From Octopus sinensis (lineage: Eukaryota), in contig NW_021833847.1 of assembly GCF_006345805.1 (NCBI RefSeq), positions 1 to 64,000 of the forward strand: 64,000 nucleotides of DNA. Direction: 5' to 3'. Shown piece by piece: positions 1-12,558 of the stretch. Within the stretch, counting starts at the first letter, position 1, and every line of letters begins with the position of its first letter. The notes below the pieces were generated by a model. It did not search any database. It was not told the origin of the DNA and saw only the letters and a list, made by a program, of their open reading frames with translations. The translations under genes and the position numbers were made by a program.

Positions 1-939
1 GCATTGAAATATTGCCGATAGGGATAGATCCGAAAAACTAGCAGAACAAGGATCTGTAATATTTATTAGGATAAGGGTTACATAGAGTTGTTGATTCTCA
101 ATATTTTTCTTCAAGTTTTTACGGTTTCGCTTTTTATTCTTTTTGAGAAAAGAAGCACGTGATATATTTGTTAAACAACAAATAATGATTATAATAATAA
201 TATTGATTTATGAAAGAAAACATCCAAGGAGACTAAATTCTATATTTGAAAGAAGGGTTGTTTTCAAATTAAACAAACTCAACACTGGAATGCCAAACCG
301 CTTTATAGGCTCACAAATATATTATATGGTGCAAGTTTATCTCGATGAATATATGAATGTAAAGTATTAACTTTTTCGTTACGATATTTCGGTTGAAGTA
401 CAGTGCTTTTGTTTCAATTAAATTTGAAAATAATGAAGAATTTGTAACTTGGCCCATTTTATATTGGTGTTTGGAACTTAATTTGACATGAGATTTTCAT
501 GGGTGAATTTAAATGAGAGGAAATTAAACAGGAAATTTGCATTATAGATCTAAGGGTCGTCTCAGGTGAGTTGGTACCATAAGAATAAGGAGAGATATCT
601 AAACACCGTAAATACACTTTGAAGCATTCAACCAATTCCACAGGAATGCCAACTATTTATAATATACTTCGTGTAAAATATTCCTTAAATATATTTGAAT
701 TTTTCACACGTTTTGGACTAGCTGTGAAGGAGGGAAAAGTTGTTGACAGAAAACTGTCGGAAGGAGCTGAGAAAACAGAGCATTAGTAGATCTGGCTTCA
801 GATATAGTATGAATGCTAACGCAAGATCGAGCATTGAGGTTGATAGAAACATCTGAATTACAACCATTGTGTTTGACGGTTTTGTCGCCTACTTTAATCT
901 GTGACTTTGAGTCACGGCATATCTTTCTGGGTTTGATGG

Positions 940-1250
940 AAAGTGTCAGCTGTCCACAATCATGAGACTCAGGTGACACTTTTTTACAAGCCATGCTTGA
1001 AGAACCCTGCGAAGAATCCTTACATCTCTAAGCAGTTCTGATTTTCGTTGGTGTTCTACATTCACACTTGCACCAATGTTTTTCAGCCATGTTGGAAGTT
1101 GAGTGCTGATACATTCAATGGCACCGATTACTATTCGTATCATGGCATTTTCAGTTCAATTTCAGAGCTTGGAACTAATATTACCCAAATCTGCAGCAAA
1201 AATTATGACGCTCCTCTTCAGCAATCAACAGTCATTTTATTTCACACCTC
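940..1250 (-). mobile_element. R4/Dong-type non-LTR retrotransposon, decayed 3' end (RLE domain C-terminus)
   Basis: Minus-strand translation IRIVIGAIECISTQLPTWLKNIGASVNVEHQRKSELLRDVRILRRVL matches the R4/Dong C-terminal pattern (iViGalG..L...L..lG...lQKsallgt.rILRkvL), also seen at 21156-21310 and 56930-57070. Confidence 0.6.
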
Positions 1251-1513
1251 AAATCAGAATATCTGACCAGTTTCTCTTCTTTTTTCCATTATTTTGTTAT
1301 CCCAAGTGAACATTTGAATTCTATTGTTACTGCTGATGTTGACGTTGACGTTGTTGCTGCAGCTGCTGATGCTACTGTTGCTGTTGTCGCTGCTGCTGCT
1401 GTTGTCGTTCCTAAGAACGAAACAAGAAACAACTTCTTCCCATGCCTTGAGAAATAGCATAGTATTTCATGGCTTTTGTTTTCTGGTAGTTTAAACTCAT
1501 ATTATATATATAC

Positions 1514-1571
<58 letters not shown>

Positions 1572-2473
1572 ATATATATATATATATATATTTGTACGTG
1601 TGTGTAATTACATGTATATAGTATGTCCACTGTCGATTATAAACGGCCCCACCATTTTCTGTTCCTGATTACTTATTTTTTAGTGGGTGCAGAGGTCTTG
1701 TATTCTGGGAGTACTGGGTGTGTTCTGCACATTCATCGAAAATGGCAAATTCATTCTAAAACTTAACCTTATTCATTAATTTAATCTCAAATCTGTATGG
1801 AAAGCGTTTTTCATACCATACCGATACTTGAATTTGGCGCTCATTGGGTGTGGCAGCACAGCTAATACAACAACCATCATACGCCAGTAAATGGGTGATG
1901 CCTTCTATGACAGAGTATCTTTGAAGCTGAAGCAGATTTCGAATGCGACATCAACGTTTTCAAGATAAAAGTTATTCGCTAATTTCAGAAGTGTTTCACG
2001 ATAACTCTCTTTGGTGGTTTAAAAAAATGTTCATACGATGCTAAAATATTCGATATATTATAAATAGATAGAGTACGCAGAGCTTTGATTTAGAACTATC
2101 TGCAAGATAGAAGATATTGCATAGATTTTCTGTCCCTTGTCCAGAAGTATGATGACAGAATTTTCGCAGTGAGTTGAACTGAGATGTGTGTAGAATAGAA
2201 GGAAGTGGTAAATAAGGTATTTGCTAATAGTCATGATTATTTCCTCTCTTGACGTCCGGAAAGGAGTATTAGGTTGCAATGTATAGGAATGTGAGGAAGA
2301 CAGTAAAACCTGAGCTGACAGGTGGACGGATTTTTTGGCAGTTACAAATTGGCTCAGAGACACATATTTACACATACACTACACGCACAAACACACACTT
2401 ATTTTCCTATATACACATACTCATATATGTATACATATCTATCTATCTATCTATCAATCTCTCCAACTCTCTC

Positions 2474-2513
<40 letters not shown>

Positions 2514-2755
2514 TGCACACATATATGTGTGTATCTTTATTCGTGTGTTAATGTCGAATTCAAACATGAATCTTCCTATATGTTTGTAAATATGTTTCAG
2601 CTTGTGTATTTCTGCATAAATATATGTCGAACAACTTGACTAGGAACATAAGTAATGATAAACATATAAATATATATATATATGTATATATGCACATATT
2701 CGCACACACATACTCATATATATATACGTATGTATATATTTGTATGCAAATAAGA

Positions 2756-2855
<100 letters not shown>

Positions 2856-3587
2856 CTAGATATATATCTATATACATATTTCTTTAAATATTTGTGATAT
2901 GCCACTTAGGAACAGCTTCCGTTAGCGGAACAGTTAATGAACCAGTAACCCCCAGTCAAATGACACTCAGTACGTTAGCACAGTTTGTGGTAACGATAAC
3001 GACCAAAATTTTGACACCTTAAATACCTTTCATCTCTACTTTTGTGATATAACATTAAGGCATTGCTCGCAACGACTAATTTTGTTAATCTAGAACTGGC
3101 TATCACTTAACATATATAATCTCTCTCTTTATTTCATTTTGAATCTATTTCCCCATCACTCTATCTTCTACTATATATCAGCGTCTCATAATCCATTTGT
3201 CTATATCTATCACAGTGTGCCGAGTTATATTTCATATTTGATATCTTTTTCTGCGTCTGTGTCTCTGTTCGTATAAACGTGTGCTTGTATTTGAATTTGT
3301 GTGTACTTCCACCATATTTTTTCTCTATATTTTGTATATTTCTCTGTAGTTCTATCCTTCTGTTTATCTGTCACGTTACCTCTGTCACTGCGCCTTTTTA
3401 CAAAATTTTCTCTCCGTAAAACTCTTCTGGATATGTGTAGTTTTATTTTGTTTCTTGGATGCTAATATGGAAGAAAAGAAAGCGTAAACACAAGCATTTG
3501 TGACATACGTTATTTTCATATGTTCGTATAGATATTCCCTTTGTATGTATCTATTTAAGTGTATGTATACTTAAAAATCTATTTATA

Positions 3588-3707
<120 letters not shown>

Positions 3708-3871
3708 CAACTATCTATCTATCTATTTATCTATCTGTGTATCTGTGTATAGTTCTAAGTACCTACGCATACATGGATGTATTCTAACTTCATAAACTAT
3801 GTGCGCATTAAAGAAATGTATACCTATATATGAGTGTGTGTATATATATGTGCTCATGGATATAATTTTAC

Positions 3872-3911
<40 letters not shown>

Positions 3912-4120
3912 GCATATGAATATATTCTTATATATATATATATATTATATATATATATTATATATATACAGAGAGGGGGTAGAGAGAGATGACTTCAGAT
4001 ATGCACGGGAAGATATAACGTTTTCCTCTCATAATCACACGTATAATATACAAAAACTTACGAATACTACTCACATGGACACACATACATACACACCATA
4101 CATATCTATGTATCTAAAAT

Positions 4121-4154
<34 letters not shown>

Positions 4155-4205
4155 ATAAAAGTATATATTATATATACATATTTATATATATATAGATATA
4201 TATAT

Positions 4206-4261
<56 letters not shown>

Positions 4262-4804
4262 CATTACAGACATATACACACAGACAGAAACAGCGCGAGC
4301 ACATATAGAGAACCACAGGTAGATAAATAACACTGCAATAGTGATGAGTAGCAAAATGTCATGACAATAAAAATAAATATACAAGCAAACAAAAAAAAGT
4401 GCCTCTTTCATATTCGAAGTCCATTATGGAACTCGAATCTTACCCTCGGGGAATCTGGTGCATCTTTCTAATGTATTGCTTCAAAGAACTTATACGTATC
4501 TCACCATGGATTCTCTACTGTGCCTTTACTTCTTTCTTTTCAACTAGTGAATTTGTTTCTGTTTATTAAGTAGACCTTTCCAGAATATAATCCTAAGCAT
4601 CATCGACTAGCTCTTTCCTTTTATTTATCTTTTGGTTTTCCCTTTCTCTGTGTATATGTGTAACACATAGGTTCTCTTTTATCTCTTAATATCATCTATA
4701 TGCCATTTTTATGCCATCAAAATATTTCCATATATCTTCGGATGCCTTAATGACTAACACATATACCCACTTATAAACGTGAATAATATATTTTTCTTTC
4801 TCTG

Positions 4805-4845
<41 letters not shown>

Positions 4846-5137
4846 CACACACACACACATATATATATATATTCTAGACACACAATTCATCATACACTCA
4901 CCCGACGAAACGCACAGAGAAGATACACTTATACGTGCATATGGTTATGTATGTGTGTATGTTGTTGCATTGCTGTCTACGAGACTGTGTACCCTACACA
5001 TCTCAACAATAATGCTTTGTCCACAATCACATATCACCTGTTTATATTCTCGCGAAGTGTATTGTTCAAGGAATGGGTCAAACACCATGCCCTTGACATA
5101 AGATTTGGACAATATTGAATACGTTGTATATAACGAA

Positions 5138-5219
<82 letters not shown>
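5138..5219. repeat. (TAA)n microsatellite
   Basis: Near-perfect AAT run seen directly. Confidence 0.95.
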
Positions 5220-5249
5220 TTTTATTACCGTGTAATAGCCTAAAGAAAA

Positions 5250-5525
5250 TAGCCTAAAATCGGTGCTTATAAGCCCTCGACGGTAAAAAGTGGTAAAAAT
5301 ATATATATATAAAGAGAAAACACAACAATTCGAGGACGTGGAATAAGTATGGTGTTATTGGACGGTCAGGAAAAGAAAGATAGAAGAAGGATTTTACGTT
5401 TCGAGTGGAGCTCTTCGTCAGAAATATAGAAATAAACGAAAAGAAATAGTCCAAAGAAGGGAAGACGCAGAAAGAAAATCGCCAACGATACTCACGCGGT
5501 CACATATTGAAATGACCGGAAGGGA
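5250..5525 (-). mobile_element. Penelope-like element terminal-repeat fragment
   Basis: Homologous in reverse orientation to 28225-28400 (cttcccttct...gacgaagagctcc.ctcgaaacgt.aaatcct...). It carries the CTGANGA...CGAAACGT signature typical of PLE termini. Confidence 0.5.
5391..5425 (-). ncRNA. Minimal type I hammerhead ribozyme motif (Penelope-associated)
   Basis: Minus strand reads attt-CUGACGA-A-GAG-cucca-CUC-GAAA-C-GU-A-aaat: intact core boxes, 3-bp stem II, palindromic ACGU stem III, GUA cleavage triplet and 4-bp stem I. Confidence 0.55.
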
Positions 5526-5578
5526 AAGGGTGAAGAAAAAGTTCTTTCAAATGCAGGAGAGTGCAAGGGATGGAAGAG

Positions 5579-5609
<31 letters not shown>

Positions 5610-5934
5610 ATACATGCAAGACATGCTATTCTAGTTTCGAATTTATAGCAGAGGCTTCAATTTTGAATATGAGAATGCTCTTCACTGATAGATTTCTCAT
5701 AGATTCAATATCAAATTTTACATGGTTGTCGTTGTTTCATTCATCATATCGTTGACTGATATCTTCAATCCTGTATTAGTATTACGGCAGTGGTATTTAA
5801 CAGGTAGCTTTTAGCCCGCGAAGTGCAATCCGATGGTTGATATTGCTTCTTGCTCGCAAGTAAAAAGGGCAGAAATTTTCATGGGCTATTCGCAGACATA
5901 GGCACGAAAATGGTGAGGTTTTGTCACATATTTC

Positions 5935-6330
5935 TACCTACCTACCTACCTACCTACCTACCAAAATACCTACCTACCTATCTACCTATCTACCTACCTA
6001 CTTACATACCTACCTACCTACCTACATACCTACCTACCTACCTACCTACCTACCTACCTACCTACATACATACATACATACATACATACACACCTACCTG
6101 CTTACCTACCTACCTAACTACATACATACATACACACGTAGATACATACATACACATACATACATACATACATACATCATACATACATACATACATATAT
6201 ACACACCTACCTGCTTACCTACCTACCTAACTACATACATACATACACACGTAGATACATACATACACATACATACATACATACACATACATACATACAT
6301 ACATACATACATACAAACATACATACTTGC
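5935..6330. repeat. Compound (TACC)n/(TACA)n tetranucleotide array with an internal ~115-bp duplication
   Basis: Block cctacctgcttacctacctacctaactacatac...acacgtagatacatac occurs twice (~6091 and ~6206). It is the source of the spurious PTYL/HTYI ORFs. Confidence 0.9.
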
Positions 6331-6361
6331 CTGCATACTTACGTAGATACATATATAAAAT

Positions 6362-6738
6362 GATCGTATGGTAAGTTGCTTGCTTACAAACCACATGGTT
6401 CCGGTTTTTAGTTCCACTGCGTGTCACCTTGGGCAAGTGTCTTATACTATAGCTTTGGGTCAACCAAAGCCTTGTGATTGGGTTTGGTAGACGGAAACTG
6501 AAAGAAGCACTTCATATATATATATATATATATGTGTGTGCACGTGTGTGTGTAAGTTTGTGTTAGTGTTTATACCCCACCATCGCTTGAGAACTAATGT
6601 TGGTGTGTTCACGTCCCCTTCATCTAGCGGTTCGACAATTGATACCGTTACGATAAGTACTAGGCTCCTAAAGAATAAGTCCTGGAGCTGATTTGTTCCA
6701 CTAAATGCTCCAGCATGGCGGATATCAAATGACTGAGA
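6362..6738 (+). mobile_element. tRNA-derived SINE, type A (diverged copy)
   Basis: tggtaagttgcttgcttacaaaccacatggttccgg head, cttgggcaagtgtct core-like block, gtagacggaaactgaaagaagc, internal (TA)/(TG) tract and gctccagcatggc..aaatgactga tail. The same layout occurs at 31247 and 60488. Confidence 0.85.
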
Positions 6739-6823
6739 GAAAGAAATGAATATAGAATGTATGTATTTATGTGCGAATGTGTGTATTTATATATACTTTT
6801 ATATATATATGTGCGAATGTGTG

Positions 6824-6859
<36 letters not shown>

Positions 6860-7097
6860 TTTGTGTGTGGGTGTGTACATAAAGGGAGAGAGAGATACTT
6901 GCACAGCAAGTAACCTCCTATGGAACGAAAACAATTGCAGCGTGGAAGGTATTTATAAGCCATTTAAAACGCACAAACCATTAGATTCAGTTCAAAATTT
7001 AAAATTAATTTGCCAAAATATATTCGTTGCTTTGAGACCGCGATCTGTCCACTGACAGCATTTCTTATGTATTCATATGTATGTAAATATATATATA

Positions 7098-7135
<38 letters not shown>

Positions 7136-7427
7136 GTATGTATGTATTACGTATGTATATATGCCTAAAGATATATGTATATATGTGTGTGGATGGATGT
7201 ATGCAGAGATGGATACATAAATAGATAGAAAAAGGGAGAGATAAACATAAAGTAGAGGGATATACACAGACATTTTGGCGTGTATGAAGACACGTATAGA
7301 AATATTAACATTGTAACGTGTCTTGTCATATATACATGCAATTACTACATCTTGCGGTTTGTTTCAACGTATACACTCTAAAGCACAACGAAACAAATAC
7401 ACATCCATCCCTCCACTACATATATAT

Positions 7428-7480
<53 letters not shown>

Positions 7481-7629
7481 TATATATATATATATATGTA
7501 TATTGTTTGTGTGTATGCATGTATGTATATATACATATACATCTGTTTATATGTATTATATTAAACACACATCCCCTACACATACGTATATATATATATG
7601 CATATATATCATATTACATATACATATAA

Positions 7630-7660
<31 letters not shown>

Positions 7661-7718
7661 TTCATTACATATACACATACATTTAATACACATAATATAA
7701 CTATATATATATAGATAT

Positions 7719-7756
<38 letters not shown>

Positions 7757-8517
7757 AAACATACGTTCATGGCTATGTATATATAACTATACACACACAT
7801 ACAAGTGATTTGATTTTTTTTTTCAATTATAGTAATGCAATTTAGTCGCTATATTTTTAGGGAGTATCCGTTTTATACGAAACATCTGTCACCATTATCT
7901 GCCAATAGATCTCCGATTGATGGAAATCATTGGAACGTGTAGCCGTACATCGAAATATTACGTTTTCGACTTTCATGAGCATAAACACTGGCAGCTGAAA
8001 CTGTCTCAGCTATCTCCTCGAACTTTCTATCATATAGATGTGATTTCTAATCTTTATTTCTGAGTACATGCGATGGTGGTGGCGGTGAATGGTGGTGGAG
8101 GGGAAATATGTTATATTTAAGTAGGTATGTTATCATACTTACCGCCATTTTCTTTCTTTATTTTTATCATAAATTTATCTCTCTATATATCTAAATATAC
8201 TTCTATTTATCTATATATCTATCTATCTATCTATTTATCTATTTATATATCTATCTGCGCACCAATCAATGCGTCTACCAATTATGTTGTTTGTCAACTG
8301 TTTCTTTATTTTCATTTCATCTATATTGGCTGTTTATCTGTCTTACCTTACGCAGAATCCTTCAAAGACTCATATGTGCTTGTATTTCCATGATGCACGC
8401 ACGCAAGTCTGTACGTATGTAAACCACATGTATGTATATATGTATGTTTGTATATATATATATATATATATCTATATATGATATAATATATATATATATA
8501 TATATACATATAGTTGT

Positions 8518-8560
<43 letters not shown>

Positions 8561-8604
8561 ATTATTATATATATATATATATATATATATAGGTGTTGTG
8601 TGTG

Positions 8605-8640
<36 letters not shown>

Positions 8641-8726
8641 CATACATATATACATTATATTCCTTTTAGTCAATATATTTTCTCGATCTACATTCAAATG
8701 CATTGCCGTATCATTATGTATATTAT

Positions 8727-8772
<46 letters not shown>

Positions 8773-9842
8773 ATATGTGTGTGTATGTGTGTGGTGTGTT
8801 GTGTGTGTGTGTGTGTGTGGTTGTATATTATATATATAATATATATATGTATATATCTATATATATATATGTATATATATATATATAGTATAGATATATA
8901 TTATATATATATATCATATATACATACATATTCCTTTTAGTCAATATATTTTCTCGATCTACATTCAAATGCACATTGCCGTATCATGATTGTCACTATC
9001 TCATTTTTTTCACTCCTTTGTTTACGACACACCGGTACAACTGACATTTTAATAATTTGTATCTGAAATTCACTTTTAACCTAAGAAACGGATAGACTCG
9101 ACGACCTGCATTTCATTAATGCTGAAATATTTGAATATTTTAGGTTAGCTTTAGAATAATATTTCAGAAACTATAACATTTCTGTTTTATTTTCGTACTC
9201 GTGAATTTAGAATAGTATGTATCGAAAGAATAATAGTAAAACTGACACATATGTTACGAATTTTGAGTACAGATTAGGAGAAAGCAAATAATGTATATTT
9301 ACAGCTCTATTTATTCATTATTGTATTTTGATAAGCATTGCCTTGTACAATTACCTTGTAATTATTACAATAAATTTGTAAGTATTACAATTAATTTGTA
9401 CGTATATAGACGTCAACTGCAATTAATTTTTCTAAAGAAATAACTAAAAATAATCTGAATATGTAATCCATCCTACTATACGCAAAAGACTTGAAATTTT
9501 GTGGTAGGGTCCAGTCCATTGCATCAACCCCCAATTATAAACTGGTACTTATTTCCTCGACCTTGAAATTACAAAAGGTGAAGTCGGTATTTGTAGAATG
9601 TGAACTAAGAATATAAAGAGAGATGAAATGCTGTTAGCTGTGTTGTGAAGACGACTTCTTAACCTCAATATGTAATAGCACATGAAGATGGCGAACTGGC
9701 AGAATTGTTAAGCGGCATTTGGTTCGTCGTTACTTTCTGTGTTCAATTTCTCCTGCGCTGGACTTCCCTCTTTCAACCTTAAGGCGTTAATAAAAGAACG
9801 ACCAGTCGAAATGAACTCTGGTGTCGATATAATTGGTGTGCG

Positions 9843-10612
9843 TCTAGAAGTTCAAAGTGACAAAACGTTTCATATCCCATCAAACAGATAACAGCACCTT
9901 ACGTGGGTGAAGATCTTCTTTAGCCTGGAGAGCAAGTGTTTCTCTTTTCCCTATTCACGGCCATCGGCGCTTGACAGATTTATAGAGACCCCATTTCTCG
10001 TCATCTTCACTATTCGGTCCAAAATCTTTCATTCGCGAGACGTGACAACAAAGAAGAGTGCACATTCACTCGGAGGTTTTTGTGAGGAAAAACTTTGACC
10101 CAATTTGCTGAACTTTCCGATCACATGCAGGTGTGTCGAAGAATGGTTGAATGACCAAATACAAGCTTCTCTGCTCGTTTCTCTATAGTTACGATGAGAT
10201 TTTGTTCCACCAAGGTCTGCAGGACGTCATTGTCGAGCTCTACAGATCTTCCAGGACGAGGCTCGTTTTTGCACGCAGTAATTTCCGGCTCGGAATTTCT
10301 GGAACCAGCGGTGACACTGGTTTACACTTATTGTCTGATCCCCACAAACTGCATTAATATTCCTTGCACTTTCCGTTGCGTTGTTGCCTTTATTGAATAC
10401 ATAAAGCGAATGTGCTCCTTTGTCACTACCATTATAGCTTTGAAAAAATAACTGCTAAATCAAAGTGGACTCTTCAAAACTAGCACTAAGAATAAGGAGA
10501 AGGTCAAATAGCTACCTGATTTTATAACAAGATGATACTGGTAGTTTATCCCGCACCCTGCAACTTTTACTTCATGCAATTGAAAAACCTCATTACATAT
10601 GGGGTGACCTAA
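9843..10612 (-). mobile_element. mariner (DD34D) transposon 5' half, pseudogenised transposase
   Basis: Minus translation from ATG at 10432, across frameshifts: MVVTKEHIR..FNKGNNATESARNINAVCGDQTISVNQCHRWFQKFRAG..EPRPGRSVELDNDVLQTLVEQN..DEKW..LHPRKVLLSV*WD. TIR-like TTAGGTCACCCCATATGTAATGAGGTT ends at 10612, next to TA. Confidence 0.85.
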
Positions 10613-11064
10613 TATAAATTATATTTAGTCTATGTATGCCATGCTATCTGAAACTAATCAAATTGTCCAAATTATATTTCTAGGGTCACACATGATATGA
10701 CTGGTAACACTCTACTTCTAGATATATTGTCATTTATTCTTTCATAAATTAATCAAAGTATTTAAGGTATGACCGTATCAAGTAGTTGCAGCAGCAAAAT
10801 CAACAGCAGCAGCAGCACATGCAGCAGTCTTAATTGAGATGGAATCAAGTAAAATGAAGGAAGTCAATTTATAGAAACGGATATGGCTCGACGTAGCTTT
10901 TGTATAACATTTGCAAAAGTATTATCAGTAATTATTGTATTCAATATTTCCTGCTATTGGCTTCATTCAATGGTTTGCGGCAATGCTGGAGTGTCAAATT
11001 AAAGAATTTTTAAAAGTCATTCTCAATATTTAGTCACTTAATTTTTTCATTCTTTTATTATTTC

Positions 11065-11381
11065 ATTTGTTTCAGTTATTTGACTGCACCCATGCTGGAG
11101 CACCGCCTATATTCGAACACATTGACCCTAGGACTTTGTTAGCCTAGTACTTATCCTATCGGTCTCTATTGCCGAACCACTAAGTTACGGGGACATAAAC
11201 ACACCAACATCTGTTGTTAAGCAGAGGCTTCTTTCAGTTTCCGTCTATCAAATCCACTCACAAGTCTTTGGCAGGCCCGAGACTATAGTAGAAAAGACTT
11301 ACCCAAGTTGCCACGCAGTGGGACTGAATCCGGAACCATGTAGTTGGTAAGCAAGCTGCTTACCACACAGCCATGCCTACG
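11065..11381 (-). mobile_element. tRNA-derived SINE, type A, lacking the internal microsatellite
   Basis: Reverse complement of the type A head, body and tail. The aagcc and cttaacaac/cttgacaacc modules are joined with no TA/TG tract. Confidence 0.85.
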
Positions 11382-12041
11382 GCTATACATGCATATATAT
11401 ATATATATATATATAAATTTTAATAGTGTTCACTTCCGGATTCTCTCACTCTGTGAGAGCCTCAGTTCAAATCGCACGTATCTCAAATGGGCCGGAGAGT
11501 TTCTACTTTAGATGTATTTGGGGTACTTAGTTGTGCTCATGACTTAGTTTTGCTTCCTCCATGGGTATGAGTAAGTATCTCATTTATTTCTTTGCCACAT
11601 TTTATCACTGACGAAGGGAGGGTTCTTACGAACTAACACTAAAGTCGGTCCGATATGGTAATAATGGAATTTTTTAGAGATTTCTGTCGACCTTTTTTTC
11701 GAGTAGCGTGCGTATTGTGAAAAAATATATAGTTATGGACAGGGTGTCTAATTTCGGCATAGTTGGCATTAGAAATTTTTCGTTTGCCTTTATTTATATA
11801 TATATATATACCTCTGGTACATCTGATCGGCAAGAGTTAGCAAACTCGAAACATCGATGTCTCAGATTCCCGAGAGATGTCGACACTGAATGAAGGGAGT
11901 GTTTTCATACCTTTTTATCATAAGAGATAATTTTTTGTCGTCACGGTAACTGCATAGAACTGTTGAAATATATGTGACAAACATATTTCAACTAACCTCA
12001 ATTGTGATTATACGTAGACACTGCGTAGCGCATTTACTCCG

Positions 12042-12103
<62 letters not shown>

Positions 12104-12174
12104 ATTATATATATGTATATTTACGTATGTGTAGAGTATATATATATATATAGTATATATATATATATATATGA

Positions 12175-12215
<41 letters not shown>

Positions 12216-12229
12216 TTATATATAGTTTA

Positions 12230-12456
12230 TTTCGGAATGGTCATATTGCCAGTTTAGCCAATAAAAACACACGCACTATATATTTGGTGTTAGTTTGCTT
12301 CAGTGTTATTATTTTTACATAATCTTAATCTTATTTCGGCCAGAGTTCTTTCGTCACACTCCTGTGACCGCATCAGTGGTCCTTTGTTTTCTTCTTTCTT
12401 ATTTGTGTCTCTCCTTACTAACCGTCAGGCAAACTGGCAATATGACCATTCCGAAA
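12230..12456. mobile_element. MITE with ~30-bp TIRs and TA target duplication (Tc1/mariner-type)
   Basis: TA|TTTCGGAATGGTCATATTGCCAGTTTAGCC (12230-12259) ... GGCAAACTGGCAATATGACCATTCCGAAA|TA (12428-12456). The inverted repeats differ by one indel. Length 227 bp, no ORF. Confidence 0.75.
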
Positions 12457-12526
12457 TATAACAAGATCTGTTTCAACACAGGACTTCACATAAAAATTCT
12501 TGCACAACAAATATTTAAACGTACTA

Positions 12527-12558
<32 letters not shown>

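Noticed and set aside
1720-2350. Possible CR1-like remnant (PILEFGAH.W, resembling RPxLEYcshiW)
   Set aside because: One short motif across frameshifts is not enough to support a call.
8134-8150. Minus-strand aaaATGGCG|GTAAGT, resembling a first coding exon
   Set aside because: It is embedded in simple-repeat flanks with no promoter-like or acceptor context, so chance is likely.
11605-11640. CTGACGA followed by a weak stem (also 14565-14580)
   Set aside because: There is no properly placed GAAA or stem III. At most these are decayed Penelope ends.
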